From: an uncultured Chloroflexia bacterium
Lineage (GTDB): Bacteria > Chloroflexota > Limnocylindria > Limnocylindrales > CSP1-4
DNA: 64,000 nucleotides
Direction of reading: 5' to 3'
Assembly (NCBI GenBank): GCA_963766735.1
Contig: CAVYBU010000030.1
Location: 64,001-128,000, forward strand
The translations under genes were made by a program, and so were the position numbers. Below the pieces are notes generated by a model. The model did not search any database and had not been told where the DNA came from. It was given only the letters and a program-made list of their open reading frames with translations. This document shows, piece after piece, positions 20,470-29,681 of this stretch (position 1 is its first letter; each line of letters begins with the position of its first letter).

Positions 20470-21621
20470 TCAGCGCGAGGCGCGCCAGGCGTCCCGGAGC
20501 CGGATCCGCCCGCCCGTCTGGAGAACGGCGCCCGAGTAGACGCGCCCGCCGATCACGAACAGGATCCAGATCGCCACCAGCATGATGGCCACGCTGAGCA
20601 CGGTCTCCCATGCCTCGATCCTGCCCAGGGCGGCACGCATTGGGACGACCATCGGCGCGGACGGCGGCAGGAACGTCATCACCCGCGCCAGGATGCCGTC
20701 CGGCTCCTGGGTCACGAAGACGATCGACAGGAAGTAGGCCAGCGTCGCCACCATGGTCACCGGCAGCGAGGCGTTCGACGCGTCCTCGACGCGGGACGCC
20801 AATGCCCCCAGGAACCCCATCGCGGTCGAGTAGAACGCGAACCCGAGGATGAACCAGCCGAGGAGCTGGATGACTGCCCCGGTGGTGGTGGCAGGCAGGG
20901 TGAGCCTGCCGCTCAGCTGGGCGATGGTGATCCCGGCGAGCACCAGCACCGCCAGCTGAGCCAGCGCCAGGACTCCGATGCCGAGGACCTTGCCCATGAG
21001 CAGGTCCCGCGGATTGACGGTGGCGAGGATGACCTCCACCACCCGGCTCTGCTTCTCCTCGACGACGCCGTTCAGGACCCAGGACCCGTACGAGAAGATG
21101 CCGATGAACATGAGGATGATCCCGATGTTGGCGAAGATGATCGCGGTCATGTCCTCGGCGCTCGGCGGCTCGAGGACCGTCGTGGCCGGCGGCAGCGCGC
21201 CTGCACCGGCACGGAGAGCGATGACGGCCTGGCCGGCGATGCCCTGAAGGGTGGCGCTCGCGGCCTCGAGGACGATCAGCTCACCCGGGCCCGACAGGTC
21301 CGCGGGGACGTCCAGGGCTGCGTCGATCGTCTCGTCCTGCAGGGCGGCCTCGGCCGCAGCTCGGTCCGGCAAGGCCGAGATCACGAGGTCCGCCTCGAAC
21401 GCAGGCGCCAGCGCCTGGAGCGTCGACTCGAGCCCGGCGGGCGTGTTCCCGACCAGGGCAAGCTTGATCGCGTCGGGGCTGCCCAGGAACATCGACGGCA
21501 GGATCACCCCGCCGACGATCAGGACGAGGGTGATCAGCAGCGAGCCGACGTAGCCCTTGCTGCGGCCGCGTTCGATGATCTCGCGCATCGCCACCAGGCG
21601 GACGGAGCGCACCCGGCTCAT
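20470..21621 (-). CDS. ABC-2 permease (NatB/YhaP-like)
   Basis: VVEEKQSRVVEVILAT, LLMGKVLG, multiple TMs. Confidence 0.9.
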   Translation of the reverse strand: MSRVRSVRLVAMREIIERGRSKGYVGSLLITLVLIVGGVILPSMFLGSPDAIKLALVGNTPAGLESTLQALAPAFEADLVISALPDRAAAEAALQDETIDAALDVPADLSGPGELIVLEAASATLQGIAGQAVIALRAGAGALPPATTVLEPPSAEDMTAIIFANIGIILMFIGIFSYGSWVLNGVVEEKQSRVVEVILATVNPRDLLMGKVLGIGVLALAQLAVLVLAGITIAQLSGRLTLPATTTGAVIQLLGWFILGFAFYSTAMGFLGALASRVEDASNASLPVTMVATLAYFLSIVFVTQEPDGILARVMTFLPPSAPMVVPMRAALGRIEAWETVLSVAIMLVAIWILFVIGGRVYSGAVLQTGGRIRLRDAWRASR

Positions 21622-22535
21622 CGGGCGTCCATCGCGGCAGGTTGCGGCTCGGTCACCGCTTCGAGGAACAGCTCGGACAGCTTCGGCGGCTCGTAGCTGA
21701 ACCGGCGGACCTCACCGGCGGCAATGGCCTGGGCCAGCAGCGCCCCCAGGTCCGCGCCATCGTCTACCAGCAGCTTGAGCCGGTCGCCCTCGCGGCCGAG
21801 GATCGTGTTGCCCGTCGACGCATCCAGCCAGGTCCCTCCGGAGCCCGCGACCTCGACCTCCAGGTGACGGCGACCGGACCTGGCCTTGAGCGCATCGATG
21901 CCGCCGGCTGCCACCACACGGCCGCGGCTGATGATCACAACGTCCTCGCAGACCTCCTCGACCAGGTCGAGCTGGTGCGAGCTGAAGACGACGCCGACGC
22001 CAGCGGCCGCGCGCTCGCGCAGCACCTCGGACATGGTGGCGATGCCCAGGGGGTCCAGCCCCGAGAACGGCTCGTCGAGGACCAGCAGGATCGGGTCGTG
22101 GACGAGCGCGGTCGCCAGCTGGACCCGCTGCTGGTTGCCGTGCGAGAGGTCCTCCAACTTGGACTTCGCTCGATCTGCCAGGCCGAAGCGCTCCAGCCAG
22201 CTGCCGGCGCGGGTCCGGGCGTCCCTGGCCGAGAGGCCATGGTGCTGTGCGAAGTAGCTGAGCTGGTCGCCGACACGCATCCGCGGGTACAGGCCGCGTT
22301 GCTCTGGCATGTAGCCGAAACGGAGACGGGCTCTCGCGTCGATCGCCTTGCCGTCCCACAGGGTCTCGCCCGTGTCGGGCACGGCGAGCCCGAAGACGCA
22401 GCGCATGGCGGTCGTCTTGCCGGCGCCGTTCGGACCCAGGAACCCCACCAGGCGTCCCGGGCTGGCGGCGAACGAGGCGTCGTCGAGGGCGGTGACGGGG
22501 CCGTAGCGCTTGGTGAGGTTGCGGATCTCGAGCAT
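21618..22535 (-). CDS. ABC transporter ATP-binding protein (YhaQ-like)
   Basis: GPNGAGKTT, LSHGNQQR, LDEPFSGLD, SSHQL. Confidence 0.92.
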   Translation of the reverse strand: MLEIRNLTKRYGPVTALDDASFAASPGRLVGFLGPNGAGKTTAMRCVFGLAVPDTGETLWDGKAIDARARLRFGYMPEQRGLYPRMRVGDQLSYFAQHHGLSARDARTRAGSWLERFGLADRAKSKLEDLSHGNQQRVQLATALVHDPILLVLDEPFSGLDPLGIATMSEVLRERAAAGVGVVFSSHQLDLVEEVCEDVVIISRGRVVAAGGIDALKARSGRRHLEVEVAGSGGTWLDASTGNTILGREGDRLKLLVDDGADLGALLAQAIAAGEVRRFSYEPPKLSELFLEAVTEPQPAAMDAR

Positions 22536-22653
22536 CGGGCTCCCGGGCGCGAGCGGGTGGCGCGTGATCCCAAAACGATACTCCGGCACGCACATCGCGC
22601 GAGAGAGATGCTGCGGACGAGCGTAGGATGGTGCCCTGCCCGGAGGACATCCG

Positions 22654-23487
22654 ATGACCACGCCCGATCCGGCCGATCCCGTCCGCGACGACTCGCCGAC
22701 CACCCCCGTCGACCCGCCGCCGATCCCGCCCGTGACTCCCTCCCAGCCCCCGACCAACGCCTCGCCGCCAGCCGGCGCGGCCCCGTGGGACGTTCCCGCC
22801 CAGACTTCGGCGCCGCCCTCCTGGGCCGCAAGCTCCGGCCCAACCCAGCAGACGCAACCGCAGCCGCCCCCGCATCCGCATCCGCAGTCGCCCCCGCAGA
22901 CGCAGATGCAGCCGCCCCCGCAGACGCAGACGCAGCCGGGTCTCGTGGCCGGCATCGTGCTGGTCGTGATCGGCGTCGTCGTCCTGCTGATCCGCTTGGT
23001 GGACACGACCCTGGGATCGAGCTCGTGGCCGCTCTGGATCATCGTCCCGGGCCTCGTGATGCTCATCGGCTCGCTCGCAATTCCGCCCCGTGGCGGCCTG
23101 GGTCTCGCCATCCCCGGCACGATCCTCGCCATGGTCGGCGGCATCCTCTGGGTCCAGGACGCATACGGCCTGTACGGGACGTGGGCCTACGCGTGGGCGC
23201 TCGTCGCCCCGACGGCACCCGGCCTCGCGATGCTCGTCTACGGCCTCGCCCGGGGCGACCGCGATCTGGCCGCCGACGGCTTCCGGACCACGCTCGTGGG
23301 CCTTGGCCTGTTCCTCGGGTTCGGGTTGTTCTTCGAGGGCGTGGTCGGCATCTCGGGGCACCGGATCGCGAACCTCGATGAGGTGCTCCCGTACGTCGTG
23401 ATCGGCTTCGGGGCGCTGCTCGTGGTGGCCTCGCTGTTCACCGGCCGGCGCAACCGCCGCGATCCGGGCGGCACCGGCGGCGCCTGA
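22654..23487 (+). CDS. Membrane protein with a Pro/Gln-rich N-terminus (LiaF/DUF5668-like TM region)
   Basis: About 90-aa low-complexity N-terminus, then about 6 TMs with WPLWII and WAYAWAL motifs. Confidence 0.75.
   Translation: MTTPDPADPVRDDSPTTPVDPPPIPPVTPSQPPTNASPPAGAAPWDVPAQTSAPPSWAASSGPTQQTQPQPPPHPHPQSPPQTQMQPPPQTQTQPGLVAGIVLVVIGVVVLLIRLVDTTLGSSSWPLWIIVPGLVMLIGSLAIPPRGGLGLAIPGTILAMVGGILWVQDAYGLYGTWAYAWALVAPTAPGLAMLVYGLARGDRDLAADGFRTTLVGLGLFLGFGLFFEGVVGISGHRIANLDEVLPYVVIGFGALLVVASLFTGRRNRRDPGGTGGA
22843..22937 (+). repeat. Coding tandem repeat of about 24 bp (QTQPQPPP-like units)
   Basis: cagacgcaaccgcagccgcccccg / catccgcatccgcagtcgcccccg / cagacgcagatgcagccgcccccg. Confidence 0.75.
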
Positions 23488-23490
23488 TCG

Positions 23491-24708
23491 CTACTCGAGC
23501 TCCAGGATCTCGTACCGGATCTCGCCGCCCGGGGTCACGATCGTCACGGCGTCCCCGACGCGCCGGCCCATCAGGGCCGCGCCGACCGGCGAGATGCTCG
23601 AGATCCGTCCCTCGCGGGAGTTCGCCTCCGCGGAGCTGACGACCTGCATGACGGACTCGTCACCATCCACCTCCACGCGGACGCGCGACCCGAGCCCGAC
23701 CACGGCACCGCGCTCTGCAGGCGCGACGACGACCGCGATCTTGAGCTTGGCCTCGAGCGCCTTGATGCGTCCTTCCAGGAACCCCTGTTCCTCGCGGGCC
23801 GCGTGGTACTCCGCGTTCTCCTTGAGATCTCCGTGCTCGCGCGCGGTGGCGATCCGCTTGATCACGCCCGGCCGTTGTGCATGCAGCTCAGCCAGCTCCG
23901 CCTCGAGCCTCTCCATGCCCTCCGGCGACAGGATGATCGGCTCGTGGACCTTCCGGGGCGACCCCTGGGCGGCATAGGCGGCGGCCGAGGCGATCCGGCC
24001 GGTGCCTCTGCCGGGCGCCGGACGGCGGCCGCGCTTCGCCTCGTCGCGGGCGCCATCGGCCTCGGCGGGCGGCAGGTCCACGATCCGGGTGACGGGCGGC
24101 GGCTCCGGGACCTTGGCCTCCGGGATCAGCGCGTTGGTGATGCCCGTCTCCTTGCGGGCACCCGTCTCTGCCCGCAGCACTCCCCAGGGCAGCACCGGGT
24201 CGGGTGCGTGCAGCGCAGCACGCTCGGCCGCAGGCACCCAGGCGGCGAAGGCATCCAGCAGCCCGTCCTCGTACTCCTCGGGCGCATCGGTCGCGGCCCA
24301 CCAGATCCGCAGGTCACCGAGGTTCCGCAGGAAGTGGAGCCACAGCCCGGACCACGCGGGCTTCCGGTCGCCCGGGACGGTCTTGATGATGCCGGCGATC
24401 CGCCCGGACACCGATCCGGTCGAGGACCCGATGAAGATCACCTGCTGGGACGGCAGCCAGAACCGGTTCAGGCGCAGCTGGAGGTCCCGCGATACCGGTC
24501 GCTCGCCATCCAGCCGGAGGTCCGGCACCCGCTCCAGCCACTTGCCGATCAGCGAGAGGTCCAGCGGCGGCGACGGCAGGGGGGCCTTGAGCTCCACCAC
24601 GAACACGCCGGGCGCCTGGTGCCGGACCTGGCGGCCCCACTGAGCTGGGCCGTCGGCCATCAGGCCGACCTCTCGGAGGAGGGCGGGGGCGCTGCGGTCA
24701 TCGGGCAT
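23491..24708 (-). CDS. greA: Transcription elongation factor GreA with a long N-terminal GIY-YIG-like extension (405 aa)
   Basis: C-terminal ~150 aa has AREHGDLKENAEYHAAREEQ and ISSISPVGAALMG; one uninterrupted ORF from ATG 24708. Confidence 0.88.
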   Translation of the reverse strand: MPDDRSAPALLREVGLMADGPAQWGRQVRHQAPGVFVVELKAPLPSPPLDLSLIGKWLERVPDLRLDGERPVSRDLQLRLNRFWLPSQQVIFIGSSTGSVSGRIAGIIKTVPGDRKPAWSGLWLHFLRNLGDLRIWWAATDAPEEYEDGLLDAFAAWVPAAERAALHAPDPVLPWGVLRAETGARKETGITNALIPEAKVPEPPPVTRIVDLPPAEADGARDEAKRGRRPAPGRGTGRIASAAAYAAQGSPRKVHEPIILSPEGMERLEAELAELHAQRPGVIKRIATAREHGDLKENAEYHAAREEQGFLEGRIKALEAKLKIAVVVAPAERGAVVGLGSRVRVEVDGDESVMQVVSSAEANSREGRISSISPVGAALMGRRVGDAVTIVTPGGEIRYEILELE

Positions 24709-24790
24709 CGGGTGTTCACACGCTCGTGGTGGGGGGCGGTCCGGCCGGGCGACGGCCGTCGCGAGCCGGGGGGCGTATCGTCGCACCATC

Positions 24791-26290
24791 ATGCCGAACA
24801 CACCGCAAGAGCGCGAGCCGGACCCCACGGGGGCCCCGGTCGGGCGACGACGCTGGCCACGGCTCGCCGTCGTCGGCCTGGTGGCGGTGTTTGCGTTCAC
24901 CGTGGCCGTCGCGGGAGGCGGGATCGCGGGCGGAGGGCCCGGCGCGCCGGCCGACGCGGCTCCATCCGCTGCCACCTCTCCGCTCCCCATCGATACTGCC
25001 TCGCCCCCGGTCGCACCGGCCGGACCAACTGCGCCGCCCCCGACCTCGCCTCCGTCCGCCACGCCGGCACCGACCGCCGGGGCGTCGGCCTCTCCCGCCC
25101 CAGGACCAGCCCAGGTCGCGGACGCGCTTGCAGCACGGCTGGACGCCCGTCTGGCGCAGCTCCGCAAGAGCTCGGCCATCCCCGGGGTCTCGGTCGCGAT
25201 CGCCTGGGATGACGGGCGCCTCTGGCTCGGTGCCGCCGGCATGGCTGACATCGCGGCCAAGGAGCCGGTGACGATCGACACGGCCTTCGCGCTGGCCTCG
25301 GTGTCCAAGACCCTGACCGCCGCAGTGGTGCTGCAGCTGGTGGGGGAGGGCTACCTGGCGCTCGACCAGCCGGTGGCATCACTCCTGCCGGCGTACGAGC
25401 TGGATCCACGGATCACCGTCCGGATGCTGCTCGACCACACCAGTGGCCTGCCGGACTACTTCCTGAACCCGAAGATCGAGAAGCCGCTGCGGGCCGAGCC
25501 AGACGACGCCTGGACGCCGGAACGAGCGTGGACCTACGTCCGTACCAAGCGCCCCGTCCCGGGAACGGTGTGGAGCTACTCCAACACGAACTACATGCTG
25601 TTGGGCGAGGTTGTGGAGGCCGTGACCGGGAGGACGATCGCGCTCGAGGTGCGGACCCGCCTGCTGGATCCGTTGGGACTGCAGAGCTCGTGGTACCAGG
25701 TCGTGGAGGAGTCGCGGGCGGAGGGCGCGACGGGATACCGGCGCGTGGCGAAGGACGGCGGCGGCTCCCGGTACGTCCGGGTGGCCCCGCCGAGCGACGT
25801 CATGCCGTTCCGGTCCGTGGTGACGGCGGCGGGCGGAGCGGGCTCGATCGCGGCGACCGCCGTGGACGCTGCTCGCTGGATGGGCGCCTTCGCCCGGGGC
25901 GAGGTCCTGCCTGCCGCCGTCCAGGCGGCGATGGTGGCGGACGCGGAGCTGACGCAGGCGATGGCGGCGGGCGTCGGATACGGGCTGGGGATCAGGGTCT
26001 TGTCGCTCGACGGCCGCCGCGCGCTGGGACACTCGGGCCGGTTCCTGGGGTTCAGGAGCGTGGTGGCGTACGTGCCTGAGGCGGGTGTCTCGATCGCGGT
26101 CCTGACCAACCAGGGCAGCTACGACCCGGCGAAGATCGCCACCAGGCTCCTGAAGGTCGCGGCGCCCCGCGCGGACATCACGCCGCCCCCGCCCTTCACG
26201 CCCTCGCCGTCGTCGTCGGCAGGACCGGGTGCATCGGCGCCCGCATCTGCATCGCCGTCCGGCTCCTTCTCACCCGCCTCGCCGGGCTAG
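24791..26290 (+). CDS. Serine hydrolase, beta-lactamase/D-Ala-D-Ala carboxypeptidase family, membrane-anchored or secreted
   Basis: ASVSK (SxxK), LLDHTSG, YSNTNY, GHSG; Pro/Ala linker. Confidence 0.9.
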   Translation: MPNTPQEREPDPTGAPVGRRRWPRLAVVGLVAVFAFTVAVAGGGIAGGGPGAPADAAPSAATSPLPIDTASPPVAPAGPTAPPPTSPPSATPAPTAGASASPAPGPAQVADALAARLDARLAQLRKSSAIPGVSVAIAWDDGRLWLGAAGMADIAAKEPVTIDTAFALASVSKTLTAAVVLQLVGEGYLALDQPVASLLPAYELDPRITVRMLLDHTSGLPDYFLNPKIEKPLRAEPDDAWTPERAWTYVRTKRPVPGTVWSYSNTNYMLLGEVVEAVTGRTIALEVRTRLLDPLGLQSSWYQVVEESRAEGATGYRRVAKDGGGSRYVRVAPPSDVMPFRSVVTAAGGAGSIAATAVDAARWMGAFARGEVLPAAVQAAMVADAELTQAMAAGVGYGLGIRVLSLDGRRALGHSGRFLGFRSVVAYVPEAGVSIAVLTNQGSYDPAKIATRLLKVAAPRADITPPPPFTPSPSSSAGPGASAPASASPSGSFSPASPG

Positions 26291-26417
26291 TCCCCCAGGA
26301 CCCGGCCTTCTTCGAGGGATTCGACCCGCCAGGACCGTCGAGGGCGACCGCCTGCGAAGGAGCGCCCCTGCCAGCTTGCCAGGCTTCCGGCCGGCAACCG
26401 GCACGGCAGATGCCGGC

Positions 26418-27680
26418 CTAGGAGCGGCGCCGGCCACCGCCCGAGCTGGAGCCGGCTGGGCGACCTCGCCCGCCGCCACCGGACGACGAGCCGCCGGTCC
26501 CGCGCGGCGCGCGCAGCGGTTGCGCCTCCGCGTCACGACGCGGCACGAAGCCGTCGGCGACCTCCCAGGGGATCGCGGTCTGGAGCAGGCGCTGCACGCC
26601 GCGCAGCAGGTCCGCCTCGTCGATCGTGACCAGGCTGATCGCGTCGCCCGTGGCCCCGGCCCGGCCCGTGCGGCCGATGCGATGCACGTAGTCCTCCGGG
26701 TTCCACGGCAGCTCGTAGTTCACGACGTGGGGGAGGTCCTCGATATCCAGCCCGCGAGCGGCGACGTCCGTCGCGACCAGGACCCGGATCTCACCCGCCT
26801 TGAACGCCTCGAGCGCCTTCGTCCGGTCGGACTGCGCGCGGTCGGAGTGGATGGCCGTGGCAGGGACGCCATGGCGGTCGAGCCACGAGGCCAGGCGAGA
26901 GGCGGCCAGCTTCGTGCGGGTGAAGACAAGCACCTGGCGCCAGTCGCCCTCGATGATCAGGTGGGCGAGCAGCTCCTCCTTGCGGTCGCGGTCGACCGGG
27001 TAGACCAGCTGGCGGACGGCCTCGGCGGCGGTTCCGTGGCGGGAGACCTCGATGGTCTCGGGGTTCGTGAGGATCGAGCCCGCGAGGCGCTTGATCTCGT
27101 CCGAGAACGTGGCCGAGAACAGCAGGTTCTGCTTGCGGTTGGGCAGCAGGTCCAGGATCCGGCGGATGTCGGGCATGAACCCCATGTCCAGCATCCGGTC
27201 CCCCTCGTCCAGCACGAGGATCTCGACCTGGGTCAGGTTCGCGGCGCGCTGGCCGACCAGGTCCAGGAGGCGGCCCGGCGTGGCAACGAGGATCTCGATG
27301 CCCGCGAGCAGCTCCTTGATCTGCGGGTCGAGCGGGACTCCGCCGTACACCACGGAGGCGCGGAGCGGGATCTTGCGGCCATAGGTCCTGATGGCCTCGG
27401 AGACCTGGACGGCCAGCTCCCGCGTGGGCGTCAGGACGAGACAGCGGACGGGGTGACGCGCGGGCGAGAACGACGTGTTCGCGTACGGGCGAAGGCGGTC
27501 GAGGATCGGCAGCGTGAACGCGGCCGTCTTGCCGGTGCCGGTCTGGGCGGCGGCGAGGACGTCCCTCCCGGCCAGGATCAGGGGGATCGCCCGTTCCTGG
27601 ACGGGCGTCGGCTCCTCGTAGCCTTCCTCGGTCACGGTCTGAAGGAGGTCGGCTGAGAGCCCCAGCTCTTCGAAGCGCAA
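26418..27680 (-). CDS. rhlE: DEAD-box RNA helicase (RhlE-like)
   Basis: AQTGTGKT, PTRELA, DEGD, FSAT, ARGLD, HRIGRTGRAG; TTG start after GGAGAAG. Confidence 0.88.
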   Translation of the reverse strand: MRFEELGLSADLLQTVTEEGYEEPTPVQERAIPLILAGRDVLAAAQTGTGKTAAFTLPILDRLRPYANTSFSPARHPVRCLVLTPTRELAVQVSEAIRTYGRKIPLRASVVYGGVPLDPQIKELLAGIEILVATPGRLLDLVGQRAANLTQVEILVLDEGDRMLDMGFMPDIRRILDLLPNRKQNLLFSATFSDEIKRLAGSILTNPETIEVSRHGTAAEAVRQLVYPVDRDRKEELLAHLIIEGDWRQVLVFTRTKLAASRLASWLDRHGVPATAIHSDRAQSDRTKALEAFKAGEIRVLVATDVAARGLDIEDLPHVVNYELPWNPEDYVHRIGRTGRAGATGDAISLVTIDEADLLRGVQRLLQTAIPWEVADGFVPRRDAEAQPLRAPRGTGGSSSGGGGRGRPAGSSSGGGRRRS

Positions 27681-27829
27681 GGTGTTTCGTCTTCTCCGGT
27701 ATCGGCCGCTGGGCGGCGGCCGGCGTCTGCGATGGCCCGGCGCGGCGCCCGCGTGGTGCGCATGAGGCACCGGTGCGCGAGGGCGGCGGCGACCGCCGGA
27801 CTGTGGGGAGCATACTCGACAATGGGCGC

Positions 27830-28330
27830 ATGAGCGCACGGGGCACGCGGGCGATCGATGTTGTACGGCGCGCGGGCGCCGCGCATACGGTGCATGAATA
27901 TGCGCACGACGCACGGTCGGCGCGACACGAGGGCGGGTCCGGGTATGCGCTCGAGGCGGTCGAGGCCCTGGGGATCGAGGCCGCGCGGGTGTTCAAGACG
28001 ATCGTCGTGAGCGTGGACGGACGCCCGGGCCTGGCGATCGTGCCGGCCGACGCCGAGGTCGATCTCAAGGCGGTGGCGTCCGCGCTCGGCGGGCGCCGTG
28101 CGGTCATCGCGCCGCCGGCCGACGCCGAGAAGGTGACGGGCTACGTTCTCGGTGGCATCAGCCCGCTCGGGACCCGGCGCCCGCTGCCGACGGTCCTGGA
28201 CGCCAGTGCGGCTGGTTTCCCCACGATCCACGTTTCGGCCGGACGGCGCGGGCTGGAGATCGAGCTGGCCGCCTCGGACCTGGTCGCGCTGGCCAGGGGT
28301 TCCATGGCACCGATCGCGAGGCGGGGCTGA
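27830..28330 (+). CDS. ybaK: Cys-tRNA(Pro) deacylase YbaK/EbsC
   Basis: VFKTIV, TGYVLGGISPLG, VSAGRRGLEIEL. Confidence 0.92.
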   Translation: MSARGTRAIDVVRRAGAAHTVHEYAHDARSARHEGGSGYALEAVEALGIEAARVFKTIVVSVDGRPGLAIVPADAEVDLKAVASALGGRRAVIAPPADAEKVTGYVLGGISPLGTRRPLPTVLDASAAGFPTIHVSAGRRGLEIELAASDLVALARGSMAPIARRG

Positions 28331-28479
28331 TCGGGCGTCATGGCGCACCGGAGCAGGTGGTGCTGCGGGCGGGCTCCGATAGGCCGGTCCCGCCCGCGGC
28401 GCGCCCCGTGACGCCGGACGAGATTCGTCGACCTGGACTTTTCGGGCCGTTCGGCCCTCGGTGCGCCCCCGCCGCCCTC

Positions 28480-28580
28480 TGACATACTCCGCGGGACCCA
28501 ACGGGGTCGGAAACGTCCGAACGCAGACAGGCCGACAACCGAAGAGCCGTCCCCCGGCAGGCACCCTGTCGCTCTCAGGT
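28480..28580 (+). promoter_or_regulatory. Extended -10 element followed by a putative structured 5' leader RNA
   Basis: TGACATACT at 28480-28488; hairpins GACCC-AACG-GGGTC and TCGGA-AACG-TCCGA; possible GACAGG/CCTGTC pairing. Confidence 0.35.
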
Positions 28581-28742
28581 GGGCCGCCACGCTGCACCGG
28601 ACCCCCGGCGGTCCCCCGGTCCGCCGTGCGGACGAACGTGCCGCGCCCGCCCCTCGCCACCCATGTCCAGCCGCCGACGGCCACAACTCCAACCGTCGTC
28701 CCGCCCCAGGCGTGGCGTTCTGGCCGAAGGGAGGCAAGAGGA

Positions 28743-29588
28743 TTGCTGCACACCCACCAAGGCGCCCAGAGGGCGTCCTCCAGGAGGATCCGGTCGCTGC
28801 TGACCGGCATCCTCGCCGCACTCGTCATCGTGACCGCCTCGACCGCGGGAGCCCCTGAGGCTCGCGCAGCGACCGCCAAGGTCGTGATCGTCGTCGGTCC
28901 GGTCGGCAGCAGCACCGCCAGCTACAAGCGCAGCGCCCGCTCATTGGCAAGCCTCGCCCGCGGCTACGGCGCGTCGGTGACCGAGGTCTACTCCCCGTAC
29001 GCCACGTGGTCGAAGGTGTCCGCGGCCGCCAAGGGCGCGAACCTCCTGATCTACCTGGGTCACGGCAACGGCTGGCCCAGCCCGTACGGGCCGTTCGCCA
29101 GGAAGTCCAAGGACGGCATGGGCCTGAACTCGACGTCGGGCAACGGCAACCGCAACAGGAAGTATTACGGCGAGTACTACATGGCGCGTCTCGGTCTTGC
29201 GCCCAACGCCGTGGTCGTCCTCAATCGTCTGTGCTACGCATCGGGCAACTCCGAGTGGGGCGCTGCCAACCCCTCGAAGTCCACGGCCATCAAGCGGGTG
29301 GACAACTACGGCGCCGGGTTCCTGCGTGGGGGCGCCAAGGCGGTGTTCGCCAGCGGCATCACGAGCGTGTCGTACGTGGTGAAGGGCCTGTTCCGCGGCT
29401 CCGCCTCGATGACGATGTCGCAGCTGTTCTGGAAAGACCCCAGCCGGACCGGCCGGTACAAGTTCTCGTTCGCCTCGACGCGCACGCCAGGGGCAACGGC
29501 TCGGATGGACCCGTACGCGCGCAGCCGCTACTACCGCTCGGTGATCGGCAGGCTGAGCACCACGGTGGGAGAGTGGCGCGGGGGCTGA
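28743..29588 (+). CDS. Secreted basic protein with a caspase/CHAT/gingipain-like His-Cys fold
   Basis: Signal peptide ending ARA-A; IYLGHG, VVVLNRLCYASG, GFLRGGAKAVFAS; TTG start after GGAGG/AGAGG. Confidence 0.75.
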   Translation: MLHTHQGAQRASSRRIRSLLTGILAALVIVTASTAGAPEARAATAKVVIVVGPVGSSTASYKRSARSLASLARGYGASVTEVYSPYATWSKVSAAAKGANLLIYLGHGNGWPSPYGPFARKSKDGMGLNSTSGNGNRNRKYYGEYYMARLGLAPNAVVVLNRLCYASGNSEWGAANPSKSTAIKRVDNYGAGFLRGGAKAVFASGITSVSYVVKGLFRGSASMTMSQLFWKDPSRTGRYKFSFASTRTPGATARMDPYARSRYYRSVIGRLSTTVGEWRGG

Positions 29589-29681
29589 CCCGAAGCTGCT
29601 CGCAGACACGCGGACGGCGCCGGTCGGATCGACCGGCGCCGTTCAGGTTCGAGGCGGTGTGGCCCGGGCCCGAGGTGTCCC

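Noticed and set aside
24709-25308. Further 200-aa N-terminal extension of the GreA fusion ORF
   Set aside because: It is antisense to the serine hydrolase gene and low in complexity; the ATG at 24708 is the plausible start.
28520-28580. Canonical glycine or c-di-AMP riboswitch
   Set aside because: Only fragments match. The GGAGA/P2 of the glycine aptamer and the GUGAAUC and CAGCUAAC elements of the c-di-AMP aptamer are missing, so it is kept only as a candidate leader.
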